From: Patescibacteria group bacterium
GTDB lineage: Bacteria; Patescibacteriota; Microgenomatia; UM-FILTER-40-11
Assembly (NCBI GenBank): GCA_035530075.1
Contig: DATKVM010000005.1
Location: 167,006 to 231,005, forward strand
Direction of reading: 5' to 3'
Length of the DNA stretch: 64,000 nucleotides
Part shown: in pieces, positions 36,848-47,106 of the stretch
How the letters are laid out: every line of letters starts with the position of its first letter
Numbering within the stretch: position 1 is the first letter of the stretch
Notes under the pieces: model-generated
What the model was told of the DNA's origin: nothing
Database searches by the model: none
Seen by the model: the letters and a program-made list of their open reading frames with translations, nothing else
Made by a program: the position numbers and the translations under genes

Positions 36848-37634
36848 GAGAGGTCTCCGTGATCATCTTACCTTTATTAACATAACGATTAACCAACCAT
36901 TGCTGAAGGAGGGTAAAAAGAGAAAAGATCAACCAGTAGAGCATTACTCCTGACGGCATGGTATAGGCCAAAATTAGAGTCATTAAGGGGAAAAAATAGA
37001 GCATCTGTTTCTGCATCATCGTCGAAATATCATCGCTTTGGGTTTCAGTGGCCTTGGCCCCTTTTTCTTGAACCTTAACGACAGGCATCATCATTTTCGA
37101 GGAGAGAAATTGAAAAACTGTGGCTAAAATCGCCAGTATCCCAGGGAGAGCCACAAAGCCGGGAATTTGGATTAGGTCGGGACGGCTCAAATCAAAAAAC
37201 AAGAACTGAAAATTAAAGGTAGAGTTGGGGGGCAATTGAGCAAAAGAATAAAGACTCCGGTTAAGAGTTTCCGCCGCGCTAGCGCCCGCCCTCATAACTT
37301 GATTGAAAACTTGAAACATGGAAATTAAAATGGCGAAGTTCAAAATTTGCGGCAGACAGCCAGCGGTCGGATTAATGCCGTGCTTCTTATAAAGTTCCAT
37401 CTGGGCCTGCATTAGTTTTTGTTTATTCTTTCCGAACTTCGTTTTTATTTTTTCCATTTCTGGACCCAACTCCTGTATCTTTTGGGCGGATTTCATTTGG
37501 GGATTGGTGAGGGGAATTAGGAGGAGACGAACTAAAGCCGTTAAGGCAATCGTCGCCAAGCCCAAATTAGAAAAAAAGATTTTGTAAAAAAGGATTAAGA
37601 CATTTAAAATTGGTTGCGCCAGAATTTGAAACAT
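36840..37634 (-). CDS. yidC: Membrane protein insertase YidC
   Basis: ELYKKHGINPTAGCLP, PSGVMLYW. Confidence 0.95.
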   Translation of the reverse strand: MFQILAQPILNVLILFYKIFFSNLGLATIALTALVRLLLIPLTNPQMKSAQKIQELGPEMEKIKTKFGKNKQKLMQAQMELYKKHGINPTAGCLPQILNFAILISMFQVFNQVMRAGASAAETLNRSLYSFAQLPPNSTFNFQFLFFDLSRPDLIQIPGFVALPGILAILATVFQFLSSKMMMPVVKVQEKGAKATETQSDDISTMMQKQMLYFFPLMTLILAYTMPSGVMLYWLIFSLFTLLQQWLVNRYVNKGKMITETSHE

Positions 37635-37681
37635 ACTTTTAAATTACTTTAGAAGGACAAAAAACAAATTTTGGTTAAATT

Positions 37682-37918
37682 TTATCTTAGAGGGTCCTTA
37701 CCGCCTTTGCTCCAAGGGTGACACCTGACAATCCTTCTCACTCCTTTCCAGCCACCGCTCATTATACCATATTTTTCGATCGCCTGACGGGCATACTCGG
37801 AACAAGAGGGCTGAAAACGACAAGCCTTATCGGTTAAAAAAAGCATTTTAAGAAGACCGGCGTCAAAAGAAAGATATTTTTGATAGAACCGAATTAAGCA
37901 AAGGACTAATTGCTTCAT
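37682..37918 (-). CDS. yidD: Membrane protein insertion efficiency factor YidD
   Basis: CRFQPSCSEY, RCHPWSKGGKDP. Confidence 0.96.
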   Translation of the reverse strand: MKQLVLCLIRFYQKYLSFDAGLLKMLFLTDKACRFQPSCSEYARQAIEKYGIMSGGWKGVRRIVRCHPWSKGGKDPLR

Positions 37919-38238
37919 TTAATTTTTCTTTCAAATTCCTCCATTTCTTTAATAAAATCTTCCCGGGTTCCGGCAAGGCTACTTTTCTTAGCTAAGAAAA
38001 GAAACTTGCCCTCTTTGCCCCCAAATTCCTCTTTGACCACCGCCATAAGCAATCGCTTCACCCGGTTTCTCTCAACTGCTTTTTTGGAAATCTTATTCGA
38101 GATAATTAAGCCAAATTTTTGCTCGTTAGGGTAGGGTTGAAAAACCAAACCAAAAAAGCGTCCTTGGAGAATGTGCGACCGGCTTTCTTTTATTTTCGTA
38201 ATTTCTTTTCTCGTTAGGCGATGTTTTCGAGGAAGCAT
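37915..38238 (-). CDS. rnpA: Ribonuclease P protein component
   Basis: KAVERNRVKR RNR motif; position after rpmH. Confidence 0.95.
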   Translation of the reverse strand: MLPRKHRLTRKEITKIKESRSHILQGRFFGLVFQPYPNEQKFGLIISNKISKKAVERNRVKRLLMAVVKEEFGGKEGKFLFLAKKSSLAGTREDFIKEMEEFERKIK

Positions 38239-38266
38239 CTAGCTCACTTACTTATCACGCTCAATC

Positions 38267-38410
38267 TTAACCGGAAACGGTGACTTTCTTTCTCCCTTTT
38301 ACTCTCCGGCGTTTAATAACCTTCCGGCCGTTATGAGTCGCCATCCGACTCCTGAATCCATGCTTTCTTAGTCTTTTGGTTTTTTTAGGTTGATAGGTTC
38401 GTTTGGGCAT
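38267..38410 (-). CDS. rpmH: 50S ribosomal protein L34 (47 aa; below the ORF-track cutoff)
   Basis: Manual translation [47 protein letters not shown]; AGGAG SD. Confidence 0.97.
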   Translation of the reverse strand: MPKRTYQPKKTKRLRKHGFRSRMATHNGRKVIKRRRVKGRKKVTVSG

Positions 38411-38556
38411 ATTTTCTCCTATTGTCCGAAATTATATTTAAAAACACTGTAGTTTCTGTCGTAATTATAGCTTAAATAACCAAAAGTGCAAAGTTAAAAA
38501 TTCAAAGTGACAATTCAAAATCAAAAGAAGGCTTGAAATTCTAACTTATATTCTCC

Positions 38557-38585
38557 TTGACAAATTGTGGATAACTTCTTATGAT
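38557..38585 (+). promoter_or_regulatory. dnaA promoter containing a perfect DnaA box
   Basis: TTGACA-N17-TATGAT with TGTGGATAA (38566-38574) in the spacer. Confidence 0.85.
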
Positions 38586-38638
38586 GAATTTACTTTCGCT
38601 GTCTCCTGCCCAAAGTTATCAGTAAGGAAGACTGGTCT

Positions 38639-39991
38639 ATGAACAATAATTTCCTTTGGAAAAGCATTCAAGAAGAACTAAAAATTTCCGTTTCAAAAGC
38701 AATTTTTCAAACTCTTTTTCAAGGCACTCAATTGGTTTCTTTGGAGAACAATATCGCCACCATTGGTTGTCCCTCCGGTTATATCCAAAATTTAATCGAA
38801 AGCCGCTACTACAGTCTTTTAAAAGATGTCCTGGACCGGCAGACCAAAAATAACAACAGCCTTGTTTTTGTAATTAAGCCCCTCGCTTCTTCGCCCCTAG
38901 ACAGCGGTCCTCTCTTCAGTCAAAGCGCTACTTCCGAATCTGTCGTTCCTCGCATCGACCATCGTTTACGGTCAGATTTTACCTTTGAAAACTTCGCTGT
39001 TTCTTCTTCTAATCAACTTCCGTTTGCGGCCGCGACGGCCGTAGCCAGAAATCCTGGCAGCGCTTACAATCCGCTCTTCTTGTGGGGTGGGGTAGGAGTT
39101 GGCAAAACTCACTTAATGCAAGCGATTGGTCATGAAATTCTTAAAAAGAACCCGTCGGCCAAAGTCCTTTACTGTTTGGGCGAAGAATTTACCAACGAAA
39201 TTATTAATGCTATTCGAAACAAAACCACCGACCAGTTCAAAAAGAAATATCGAAGCACTAAAGTTTTACTCTTAGATGATGTTCAGTTTATCGCTGGCAA
39301 ACTTACCGTTCAAGAAGAATTTTTTCATACTTTTAATGCCGTTCAAAGAGAAGGCGGCCAAATTGTTCTAACCAGTGACCGCCCACCGGAAGAAATTGCT
39401 AAGTTAGAGGAACGGCTTAAGTCTCGCTTTGAGGCCGGTTTAATTGTCGATATTCCGACGCCCGATTTTGAACTAAGAACGGCCATTCTTCTCATCAAGG
39501 CTCGACAACGCAAACTGGAACTGGCGATGGACATCGCTCAGCTGATCGCTGCCAATATTGAGTCTAACCGCAAAATGGAGGGCTTTTTGACCCGATTAGT
39601 CACGGAGGCAGAAACGAGAGGTGTCTCCCTTTCGGTTGAGCTGGTAAACTCACTTTTGGGCAAAACCCTGGCAGAGAAGGAACTGGGGGAGAAAAATATC
39701 AAGCCTAAAGAAGTAATTGAAGCGGTGGCCAACTATTACCACCTCAAAGCCGCTCAATTAAAAAGTCAAAGCCGAGTAAAAGAAATTGCCTTTCCGCGTC
39801 AGGTTTTAATGTACCTTTTACGAGCGGAATTGAACTTGCCTTTAATGGAAGTTGGCAAGTTGCTGGGTGGTCGTGACCACACCACCATTATGTATGGTGT
39901 GGATAAGATTACCAACTTACTTCGGGAAAAGGAGGATTTACGAGTGGATATTTCTGGGATAAAACAGCGCCTTTCCCTACACCTCACCTAG
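38639..39991 (+). CDS. dnaA: Chromosomal replication initiator DnaA
   Basis: YNPLFLWGGVGVGKTHL, DDVQF, QEEFFHTFN, GGRDHTT. Confidence 0.99.
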   Translation: MNNNFLWKSIQEELKISVSKAIFQTLFQGTQLVSLENNIATIGCPSGYIQNLIESRYYSLLKDVLDRQTKNNNSLVFVIKPLASSPLDSGPLFSQSATSESVVPRIDHRLRSDFTFENFAVSSSNQLPFAAATAVARNPGSAYNPLFLWGGVGVGKTHLMQAIGHEILKKNPSAKVLYCLGEEFTNEIINAIRNKTTDQFKKKYRSTKVLLLDDVQFIAGKLTVQEEFFHTFNAVQREGGQIVLTSDRPPEEIAKLEERLKSRFEAGLIVDIPTPDFELRTAILLIKARQRKLELAMDIAQLIAANIESNRKMEGFLTRLVTEAETRGVSLSVELVNSLLGKTLAEKELGEKNIKPKEVIEAVANYYHLKAAQLKSQSRVKEIAFPRQVLMYLLRAELNLPLMEVGKLLGGRDHTTIMYGVDKITNLLREKEDLRVDISGIKQRLSLHLT

Positions 39992-40184
39992 GTTTTACAC
40001 TTATCAACAAAGATGGGGAAAGTTATCAACAAACTTGCTCACAATAAGTTAGGCATGTTGTAAACAGAAAGATAACCCGAAAATCGAAGCAAGCCTAGAA
40101 AAATATCAACTTTTACACAACGCCTACTACTACTACTACTATTTAAATAGATATTTAGTTAAAATTGATAAACAAAGGAGAGAA
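39992..40184. other. Replication origin (oriC unwinding region)
   Basis: TTATCAACA at 40001 and 40023, TTTTACACA at 40111, (CTA)6 DnaA-trio tract 40124-40141, then AT-rich DNA; the + strand appears C-rich before and G-rich after. Confidence 0.88.
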
Positions 40185-41300
40185 ATGAAAATTCAAATTC
40201 TTCAGGAAAACCTTAACCGGGGTCTTAATATCGCTTCGCGATCTATTTCTTCTAAAGCTCAACTTCCCATTTTGGCAAATCTGCTTTTGAAAACCGATAA
40301 AAACCGACTCCAAATTTCCGCCACTAATTTAGAAATGGGAATTGCTCTTTGGTTAGGAACAAAAGTCGAAAAAGAAGGAGAGATTACGGTTCCGGCGAAA
40401 ATCTTAACGGAAATAGCGGCTTCCTTGCCACCGGGGAAAATAGATTTAACCGCGGAAGGCAATCTCTTAAAAATTGTCACTGAAGGTTATGAGGCAACCC
40501 TTAACGGGATCCCGGCTGGCGAGTTTCCCAAACTCCCCAGCTATAACGGGGAGGCACTTTTCTCTCTTCCAACCGAAAAATTCTTGGAAGCGATTAATCA
40601 GGTTGCTTTTGCGGCCGCTTCCGATGAAGGGCGGCCGGTCTTAACCGGAGTTTTGTTTAAACTGCAAGGGAAAAGACTCTCTTTGGCGGCGACTGACGGA
40701 TACCGGCTTTCTTTAAAAACCTTGGAACTAGAAAACCCCACCAAAGAGGACGTTTCTTTGCTCTTGCCCGCCAAAACCTTAATGGAGGTGGGACGGATTA
40801 TTGCCGATGAAAAATCTCCCACGGTTAAAATGGGATTCACTCGAGAGCAAAATCAAGTGGTCTTTGTCTTTTCCGATTTGGAACTTTTCTCGAGGGTAAT
40901 CGAAGGAGAATTCCCTGATTATGAAAAAATCATCCCCCAAAATCTTACCAGCAAGCTGGTTTTAGATCGGGAAGAATTTAGCCGAGCCATTAAAGTGGTG
41001 GCTATTTTTGCCCGGGATTCAGCCAATATTGTCCGATTAAAAATCAACAAGGACTCTTTAGAGATGAGCGCTAATTCACCCCAAGTAGGGGAGAATAAAA
41101 ACTCTCTTTCGGCTAAGCTTGAAGGAGAAGAAGGGGAAATTGCCTTTAACTTCCGCTTTTTACAAGGATTTTTAGGGGCAGTAACCACGGAAGAGATTTC
41201 TCTGGAAACGAATGGTTCTTTAAACCCCGGGGTTTTTAAGGCAGTGGGGGATGACTCTTTTCTTCACATTATTATGCCGGTCAGGCTACAGACAGAGTAA
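40185..41300 (+). CDS. dnaN: DNA polymerase III beta clamp
   Basis: RPVLTGV, AATDGYRL, IEGEFPDY, IIMPVR. Confidence 0.99.
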   Translation: MKIQILQENLNRGLNIASRSISSKAQLPILANLLLKTDKNRLQISATNLEMGIALWLGTKVEKEGEITVPAKILTEIAASLPPGKIDLTAEGNLLKIVTEGYEATLNGIPAGEFPKLPSYNGEALFSLPTEKFLEAINQVAFAAASDEGRPVLTGVLFKLQGKRLSLAATDGYRLSLKTLELENPTKEDVSLLLPAKTLMEVGRIIADEKSPTVKMGFTREQNQVVFVFSDLELFSRVIEGEFPDYEKIIPQNLTSKLVLDREEFSRAIKVVAIFARDSANIVRLKINKDSLEMSANSPQVGENKNSLSAKLEGEEGEIAFNFRFLQGFLGAVTTEEISLETNGSLNPGVFKAVGDDSFLHIIMPVRLQTE

Positions 41301-41302
41301 GG

Positions 41303-41944
41303 TTACTTTTTCAGCTTCCAAATAATCTGGTGGGTTGCGGGATCAACTCCCTTGGAGCGAATCCAGTCTAAGACTTCCGCCCGAATTTCGGGAGTATCTT
41401 TAGTTAAGGAAATATAAAGAGTTAAAGGCCTAGTATAACCAATCCAATAATTCTCCGTTTTGTAAGGAACATAATCAAAAAGCGGCATGGCTTCGTAGGT
41501 TTTTCGGCTTAAGTCCCAGTAGTATTTTTCTACTTCTTCTTTGCTTGGAGTTTTACCCCCTGGCGGTGGTCCTAAGAGGTCAGGGACGGTTTTAAAGGAG
41601 AAGGTAAAATAAAAACTAGGGTCTTGGCTGTTTTTAACCTCGATTTTATATTGCGTGTCTGCCGCTAGTTCTTTTTTAGGAATTACTTCCAGAGTTTCTT
41701 TATCGTTTTTTACAGAAAACTCAAAGCTTGGAAAGGGGATAATCTGCCAGCCTTCAGTAGAAATTGGACGGTCAAAAGTTAATTTCAGGGTTTGTTTGGG
41801 ATAAACATTTTGTTGATTATCGGCCGGGTCGGTTCTAATTATTTTTGGAGTTAGTGGCGGAGGGAGTAATAGTTTTAGGCCAAGCAAAACCCCCACGATT
41901 CCTGCAAGAATAATAATCAATTTAGTTTTTTGACCGACTTTCAT
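41303..41944 (-). CDS. Membrane-anchored bacterial Ig-like domain protein
   Basis: TM then PKIIRTDPAD..LTFDRPI..LAADTQYKI..FSFKT pattern. Confidence 0.75.
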   Translation of the reverse strand: MKVGQKTKLIIILAGIVGVLLGLKLLLPPPLTPKIIRTDPADNQQNVYPKQTLKLTFDRPISTEGWQIIPFPSFEFSVKNDKETLEVIPKKELAADTQYKIEVKNSQDPSFYFTFSFKTVPDLLGPPPGGKTPSKEEVEKYYWDLSRKTYEAMPLFDYVPYKTENYWIGYTRPLTLYISLTKDTPEIRAEVLDWIRSKGVDPATHQIIWKLKK

Positions 41945-41968
41945 CTTAGTTAGAATTATAAACCACTT

Positions 41969-44422
41969 TTACTGACAATTACCGCCAGAGCAAAAACGCA
42001 GGTAAACCGATGGTCCGCCGGGCATCCCTGCCGGCGGCCTTTCGATTAACCCGACTCCGCCTTGAAGATCAAAGTTGGCTTCGGCAACCAAGAGTTTCAG
42101 AATTGTGGGGTGGTCTTCCGGTGGTCCAAGAACGGTGCTGATTACGATGCCAATATGTCCCGGTATTCCCCGCCAAACCGCAATATCACCTAGATTCGGC
42201 TCGGCAACCTTTTTATAGAATGAAGGATAGTCGTCGGCATAAAGGCCGGCATGGTCGAAACCACGGTTAATATTTTGGCCAATAGCTTCCGTGATCGCAA
42301 TGACAAATTGAAGACACTGCAGCGGGCATTCTTCCGGCTGACATACTGGGGGACAGCCGGGGGCAGAGTCGTAGCAATGGTAATACTGGAGGACTTCTTT
42401 CAGCCCCATTAAAGCGTCTCCACCGGCCAGGGAAACATTATTAAGACAATTGCTAATTGACGATCGGCTATCCCAATTAATTCGATTTTGATCAAAATTG
42501 CAGGGTGGATGAGTCAATAAGCAAATAACTTCTTCGGCCAAATGGCGGGGAGCTTGACACTCTGGTGGTTTGGCCACTGGCAATCCAGGGGCAGAAGGGG
42601 GACCGCCGCCTCCTCGGCCCAAAAGAGCGCTGTCTTTAACTTGATTATTAGTAAAGAAGGTCAGAAAAGCAATTAGAGCAATCGGGCCAATGGCGACCCA
42701 TTTGACCCAGCCAAATTCGTCTTTTGCTGGTTCCCATTGGCCGGTTATTCCTCCCAGGATTAAATTACCTAAGCCGAAGCCTGAGGTAATAAAGCCACCA
42801 ACCTTTTTTAATCTGGAAAAGACTTTTTTAGTTAGCCACTCTCCCGCTGCTGCCAATGCAGTCGCAATTAAACCACCACCTGGGATAGCAATGTTGAGTA
42901 GCGATGCCAAGCCAATTTTGGTTAGAAAACCCGCGATTCCTTTAGCCGCCACTTGTCTAGCCCCGGTTTTGGCCGTTGCCCAAAGCGCCTCCAGACTTTT
43001 TTGGCTGGCTCTTCTTAACCAAAGCTTAACCGCTTGCCCGGCACCAGTCTTAAAAAACCAATTTTTTACTCCCTGAACAATTTTGCCTAGGGGAGCGGTC
43101 GGCCTGAAAGTAGTAAAGATTTGTCTTACACGATTAATTTGCCAGAAAGTCGGTTCTTGGGAAAAATATTGAGTTTGAAACTGGCGCAATTCGTTAGCCA
43201 ATTGGAATAATTGTTGGCTGGTAAGGGATTGGGGATCGCCGGTAAGCCTTTGTTGGATTTGTCCTAGTTTCTCTAGTTCTTCTGCAGGAACGCCACTGGT
43301 TGTCAAGCAATAGAAAAGAGCTTTTTTCGGCTGGTCATTTAAGTCAGGATGTTTTGTTTGCCAGTGATTGCCCCAAGGATTGCCGGAAATTTCATAAAGT
43401 CCCACAAAAGGAACAAGTTTTTCATTAACAACCATTACTAGCGGAGAAAAAAGAGAGGCTTCGCCAGAAAGTGAACTGGCAGGCACAGATTTTTCTGCTT
43501 CTTTAGCTAACCGAAGAGCACGAGGATAGATTTTCTCTAAAGGAATTCCTTTAAATTCTTCTTTTGCCTGCAAAGCAGCGGTTTTTGCCACTCTTTCCCA
43601 GCCCAAATCTTTGGCCAGGGGCGCGAGAGAAACCAAGTTAGCCTCCAGGGTTTCTTTTAAGCGAAGTGCTTGTTCTTGTCTTAATGGCTGACTAAGGGAT
43701 TGAAGGCGCTCGGTTAAAGAGACTCTCTGATTGGCAGGCTGGTTTAATTGCTCGGCGAGCAAACTGAAGGTTTCTAAGGAAAGCGGCAGTTCTTTGGCTC
43801 CTTCCAGGGCGGTAGCTGGTAGAGTTTGTTGCCCAAGCAGTCCTTCCCACTCCTTTTGAAGAATGGCTTCTTTTTCAATCTGAGAAAGATTAGGGTTTGC
43901 CGCTGTTTTTCGAATAGAATTGGAAAAATCGCTGTCCGGCGGGAGATTTTCAATAATAGTTTGCCATTCAGGAGGGGGTTGGGCTTCAGGTTGGATTGAA
44001 GTCTCTTTGAGGGCTTTCAAGAGTTTTCTTCGGTTGTTCAAATCCTTTGCTAACTTACTTACCTCTTGGGCTAGCCCTTCCTGCTTGGCTGCCTCTTCAG
44101 CTTCTTTCTCTTTTTTCCGGCTTAATTCATCTCCTAGTTCAGCTAAGTTAACCGGAACGCTCCCGCCACCAGTTAGTTCTTCCTGTTTGAAAAGCCATTC
44201 CAGCCGCTCAAAAACTTCCTCAAAGGCTAAACTCTCATATTCTTCCAGGCTAATGAGCGTTAAGTTCAAAGCGTAAACTCGCAGAACTTGGTCAATTTGA
44301 TCAAAATCGGTTTCTTTCCCCTGCCGGTTCTTCAAGTCCAGAAACGAGCGTGCTTGACTGAGGAGTGAGGGGAGGTCAGCTAAGTAATTAAGGGTTTGGT
44401 TTTGGTTGAGCTGGTTGACCAT
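41969..44422 (-). CDS. Large membrane protein with a C-terminal CHAP-type peptidoglycan hydrolase domain
   Basis: QCLQFV ... GDIAVW..GHIGIV ... VAEANF gives Cys/His/Glu; overlaps the VirB4 gene end. Confidence 0.75.
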   Translation of the reverse strand: MVNQLNQNQTLNYLADLPSLLSQARSFLDLKNRQGKETDFDQIDQVLRVYALNLTLISLEEYESLAFEEVFERLEWLFKQEELTGGGSVPVNLAELGDELSRKKEKEAEEAAKQEGLAQEVSKLAKDLNNRRKLLKALKETSIQPEAQPPPEWQTIIENLPPDSDFSNSIRKTAANPNLSQIEKEAILQKEWEGLLGQQTLPATALEGAKELPLSLETFSLLAEQLNQPANQRVSLTERLQSLSQPLRQEQALRLKETLEANLVSLAPLAKDLGWERVAKTAALQAKEEFKGIPLEKIYPRALRLAKEAEKSVPASSLSGEASLFSPLVMVVNEKLVPFVGLYEISGNPWGNHWQTKHPDLNDQPKKALFYCLTTSGVPAEELEKLGQIQQRLTGDPQSLTSQQLFQLANELRQFQTQYFSQEPTFWQINRVRQIFTTFRPTAPLGKIVQGVKNWFFKTGAGQAVKLWLRRASQKSLEALWATAKTGARQVAAKGIAGFLTKIGLASLLNIAIPGGGLIATALAAAGEWLTKKVFSRLKKVGGFITSGFGLGNLILGGITGQWEPAKDEFGWVKWVAIGPIALIAFLTFFTNNQVKDSALLGRGGGGPPSAPGLPVAKPPECQAPRHLAEEVICLLTHPPCNFDQNRINWDSRSSISNCLNNVSLAGGDALMGLKEVLQYYHCYDSAPGCPPVCQPEECPLQCLQFVIAITEAIGQNINRGFDHAGLYADDYPSFYKKVAEPNLGDIAVWRGIPGHIGIVISTVLGPPEDHPTILKLLVAEANFDLQGGVGLIERPPAGMPGGPSVYLRFCSGGNCQ

Positions 44423-46370
44423 TCTCCATAATTATCTCACTTTTAAATCGAGGCGGTAAAGATGAAGTCGGGTTTTGGGCCACCGGCGGCGGGGGAGATG
44501 GGGGTGGAGAAGGAATTGGCGGAGGGGTAGGCGGGGGAGTAACGGGTGCGGTTGGTTGGGCTCTCTGTGCCAAAATTTCCTGAGGCTTGGAAGTGACCAG
44601 CTGGTGTTCTTGGGGAGAGGCCATCGCCCGCATGGCCACATGATTGCTGCCGGCGAAAAAGAGACCTTCGCCGACATCGCAAGCCAGAAGAAACTGTTTT
44701 TCTCCCTCGGAAAGATAAAAAACTTGACCAATCTTATCAATTGCCGCCGAATGCTGCTTCATTAAAATCTGAATGGAAGAGTTGGTGACAATCGCTTTGC
44801 CTAAGTCATTTTTTAAAAAGTCTTCTACATCTTGAGTGATGGTGGTTACTCCCAGGTAGTATTTTCGGGCTCTTTTGGCGATTGAATTTAAGAAGTTGGC
44901 CGAATCAGGCGTTTGCATCATAAACCAGGCCTCATCAACGACTAAGATTCTTTTTTTCAATTCCTTGCGTACCTTGGTCCAAATAAAGTCCAGAACAATA
45001 AACATGGCAATGGGGCGCAGAGTGCTTTCTATATCCCGGAGAGAAAAGACAGTAAAGGGATTGCGAATGTCAACGTTAGAATACTGGTCAAAAATCCCGA
45101 CAAATGACCCTTTCACAAATTTCTCAATTCGGTCCGCCAGCAAGCGGGATTGCGAGTCCTCCATGCCGATTAAAACTTTGTAAAGGTCTTCCATTAAAGG
45201 CGGTTCTTTCGTCTGGCTTCCTGGGTCTTGAGTAATTCCTTTCATCTGGTAAGTCATAATTAAAGCGCGGTCCAAAATTGCTTCTTCCGTGGCGTTTAGT
45301 TCGCCCATAATTACTTTGAAAAGAGAATGGAGAGAAAGGATTTTATTGTTAAGTTCGTTTTCTCCCTCTTCCCGGACCTGAGAAAGGTCAAAAGGATTAA
45401 CCTTGGCTTGAGAATTGAAACCAAAGCTAATATATTCGCCGCCGACCGCCTGACAGAGAGTTTCATACTCGTTTTCTGGGTCGATGACAATAATTTCAGC
45501 ATCAAACATTAGCGAGCGCAGAATTTCCAGCTTTACCAAATAGCTTTTGCCCGCTCCCGCTTTAGCAAAAACGACACTATTATAATTCTCCAAAGTGAAC
45601 CGATCGAAAATAATCAGGGAACCATTGTGTTCATTAATCCCGTATAAAATTCCCTCGTTAGCGGTTAACTCCGAAGAAGTAAAAGGAAAAGTTGTGGCCA
45701 GTGAGGTGGTGTCCATATTGCGGGTGATATTTAGGTAATCCAAACAAAGCGGTAGAGTGGTCTTAAAACCTTCTTCCATTTGGAGAGTGGCGTGTTTGGG
45801 AATAATCATCAGAGAGGCTAAAGTAGATTCCACTCCGCGGGAAATTTCGTTTAATTCTTCGATGCCTTCTGCTTGAATAGTCACGTAAAGCCCAAATTGG
45901 AAAAATCGCTCGGCTCCCTTAACTAACTGTTCCTGCATCACTCGGGCGTCTTCTAGTTTGGCTTGAGTGGCGGGGTCGGCCACTCGACCCCTTTCCATAT
46001 CGGTGGCAATTTCTGCCTCCATTTCGGCAATTTTTCTTCTCAAATCATCCAAAACCGTTTTGCTTTCGACGGGATAGACAAAGAGGGCAATATCGAGCGA
46101 ATGATCATAATTGACCAGAGGGGAAAGCCAGTTGGCACTAACATAACGAGGATAACCGGCGACAAAAAGAGTGCGGACGAAATGATTGTTAATTTTTAGA
46201 TGGTCAAAGTCCACTTCAATCGCCGAAGGCGCAATCGTATCTTGAGCCGTTGAGGTAGTTGGGGGCTGACTGGGACCGCTGGTCACGATTGGCGGTTTAA
46301 GATTGGGGATTTTCCCCTTTAGTTGCTTTAATTTATCGAGATTGATATTTTTTAATAAATCAGTTTTCAT
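44388..46370 (-). CDS. virB4: VirB4/TraC-like secretion ATPase
   Basis: AKAGAGKS Walker A, VIDPENEY, VVDEAW Walker B, KRARKY, ITQDVEDF. Confidence 0.92.
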   Translation of the reverse strand: MKTDLLKNINLDKLKQLKGKIPNLKPPIVTSGPSQPPTTSTAQDTIAPSAIEVDFDHLKINNHFVRTLFVAGYPRYVSANWLSPLVNYDHSLDIALFVYPVESKTVLDDLRRKIAEMEAEIATDMERGRVADPATQAKLEDARVMQEQLVKGAERFFQFGLYVTIQAEGIEELNEISRGVESTLASLMIIPKHATLQMEEGFKTTLPLCLDYLNITRNMDTTSLATTFPFTSSELTANEGILYGINEHNGSLIIFDRFTLENYNSVVFAKAGAGKSYLVKLEILRSLMFDAEIIVIDPENEYETLCQAVGGEYISFGFNSQAKVNPFDLSQVREEGENELNNKILSLHSLFKVIMGELNATEEAILDRALIMTYQMKGITQDPGSQTKEPPLMEDLYKVLIGMEDSQSRLLADRIEKFVKGSFVGIFDQYSNVDIRNPFTVFSLRDIESTLRPIAMFIVLDFIWTKVRKELKKRILVVDEAWFMMQTPDSANFLNSIAKRARKYYLGVTTITQDVEDFLKNDLGKAIVTNSSIQILMKQHSAAIDKIGQVFYLSEGEKQFLLACDVGEGLFFAGSNHVAMRAMASPQEHQLVTSKPQEILAQRAQPTAPVTPPPTPPPIPSPPPSPPPPVAQNPTSSLPPRFKSEIIMENGQPAQPKPNP

Positions 46371-46371
46371 C

Positions 46372-47025
46372 TTAAGCCTTCTTTTGGGCCTCTCTTTCAG
46401 CCGCGATCATTTCCGCATTATAAATGCCATAATAAAGCTTTATTAGCTCTTTGCTGATTAACTGTTTGGCGACTAAGCCCAGCCGGGCAGAGAGCTTAAT
46501 TAAATGGTCTCTTTTGGGGGTCAAAGCGGTCTTGGCTTTGGTAATGATATAGGTTTTAGCGTAGGGAAGCGAGGTAGTTTTCTTAAAAATTGAGGTGAGG
46601 GTTGGTGCTATTCCTAGCTCTAAAGAGGAAAAGGGGATAACGACATAAAATTTTTTGTCCAGAACATTGTTTTTTTTCACCATCTCGGCTACAAATTTAC
46701 GGTAGGAATTAATTAGGCCGGCCAAAAGGGGAGAGCTGCTCTTTTTCGCTTCTTGTTTTTCTAAAAGGTCCAAGTAGGAAGAGATATCTTTCCTTTCCGA
46801 GCGGAGTAAAATTTGAATTGAAAAAGTGAGTGAGTTCAAAAGAGCTCCATAGGCATAAATAATGGCTTCCTGTTCTCGCTCGGAGAGCAAGTCGAAATTT
46901 AGAGAAGAAACCGATAGAACCATCGCACACGAGCCGTCTTTGAGGATAACTAAATCGTCCTGAATATCCTCTATTGGCAGATGTTCTTGAGTGCTGGCAC
47001 GGATGGGAATTTGGGCAGGGTCCAT
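46372..47025 (-). CDS. VirB4-associated conserved protein (TraC-N-like)
   Basis: NFDLLSEREQEAI..LLNSLTFSIQI..KKFYVVI; between prgI and virB4. Confidence 0.7.
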   Translation of the reverse strand: MDPAQIPIRASTQEHLPIEDIQDDLVILKDGSCAMVLSVSSLNFDLLSEREQEAIIYAYGALLNSLTFSIQILLRSERKDISSYLDLLEKQEAKKSSSPLLAGLINSYRKFVAEMVKKNNVLDKKFYVVIPFSSLELGIAPTLTSIFKKTTSLPYAKTYIITKAKTALTPKRDHLIKLSARLGLVAKQLISKELIKLYYGIYNAEMIAAEREAQKKA

Positions 47026-47040
47026 ATGTTTTTAGAACTT

Positions 47041-47106
47041 GAGAGAGGGAGAGCAGGAGAGTAGAAGTTTTTATACTCTTCTACTCTTACACTCTTCTAC
47101 TCTTAC
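47041..47106. repeat. Inverted arms of 8-nt-period tandem repeats
   Basis: GAGAGAGG GAGAGCAG GAGAGTAG facing ACTCTTCT ACTCTTAC ACTCTTCT ACTCTTAC. Confidence 0.75.

Noticed and set aside
40124-40141. (CTA)6 as a contingency microsatellite
   Set aside because: Position after a DnaA box and before AT-rich DNA fits DnaA-trios
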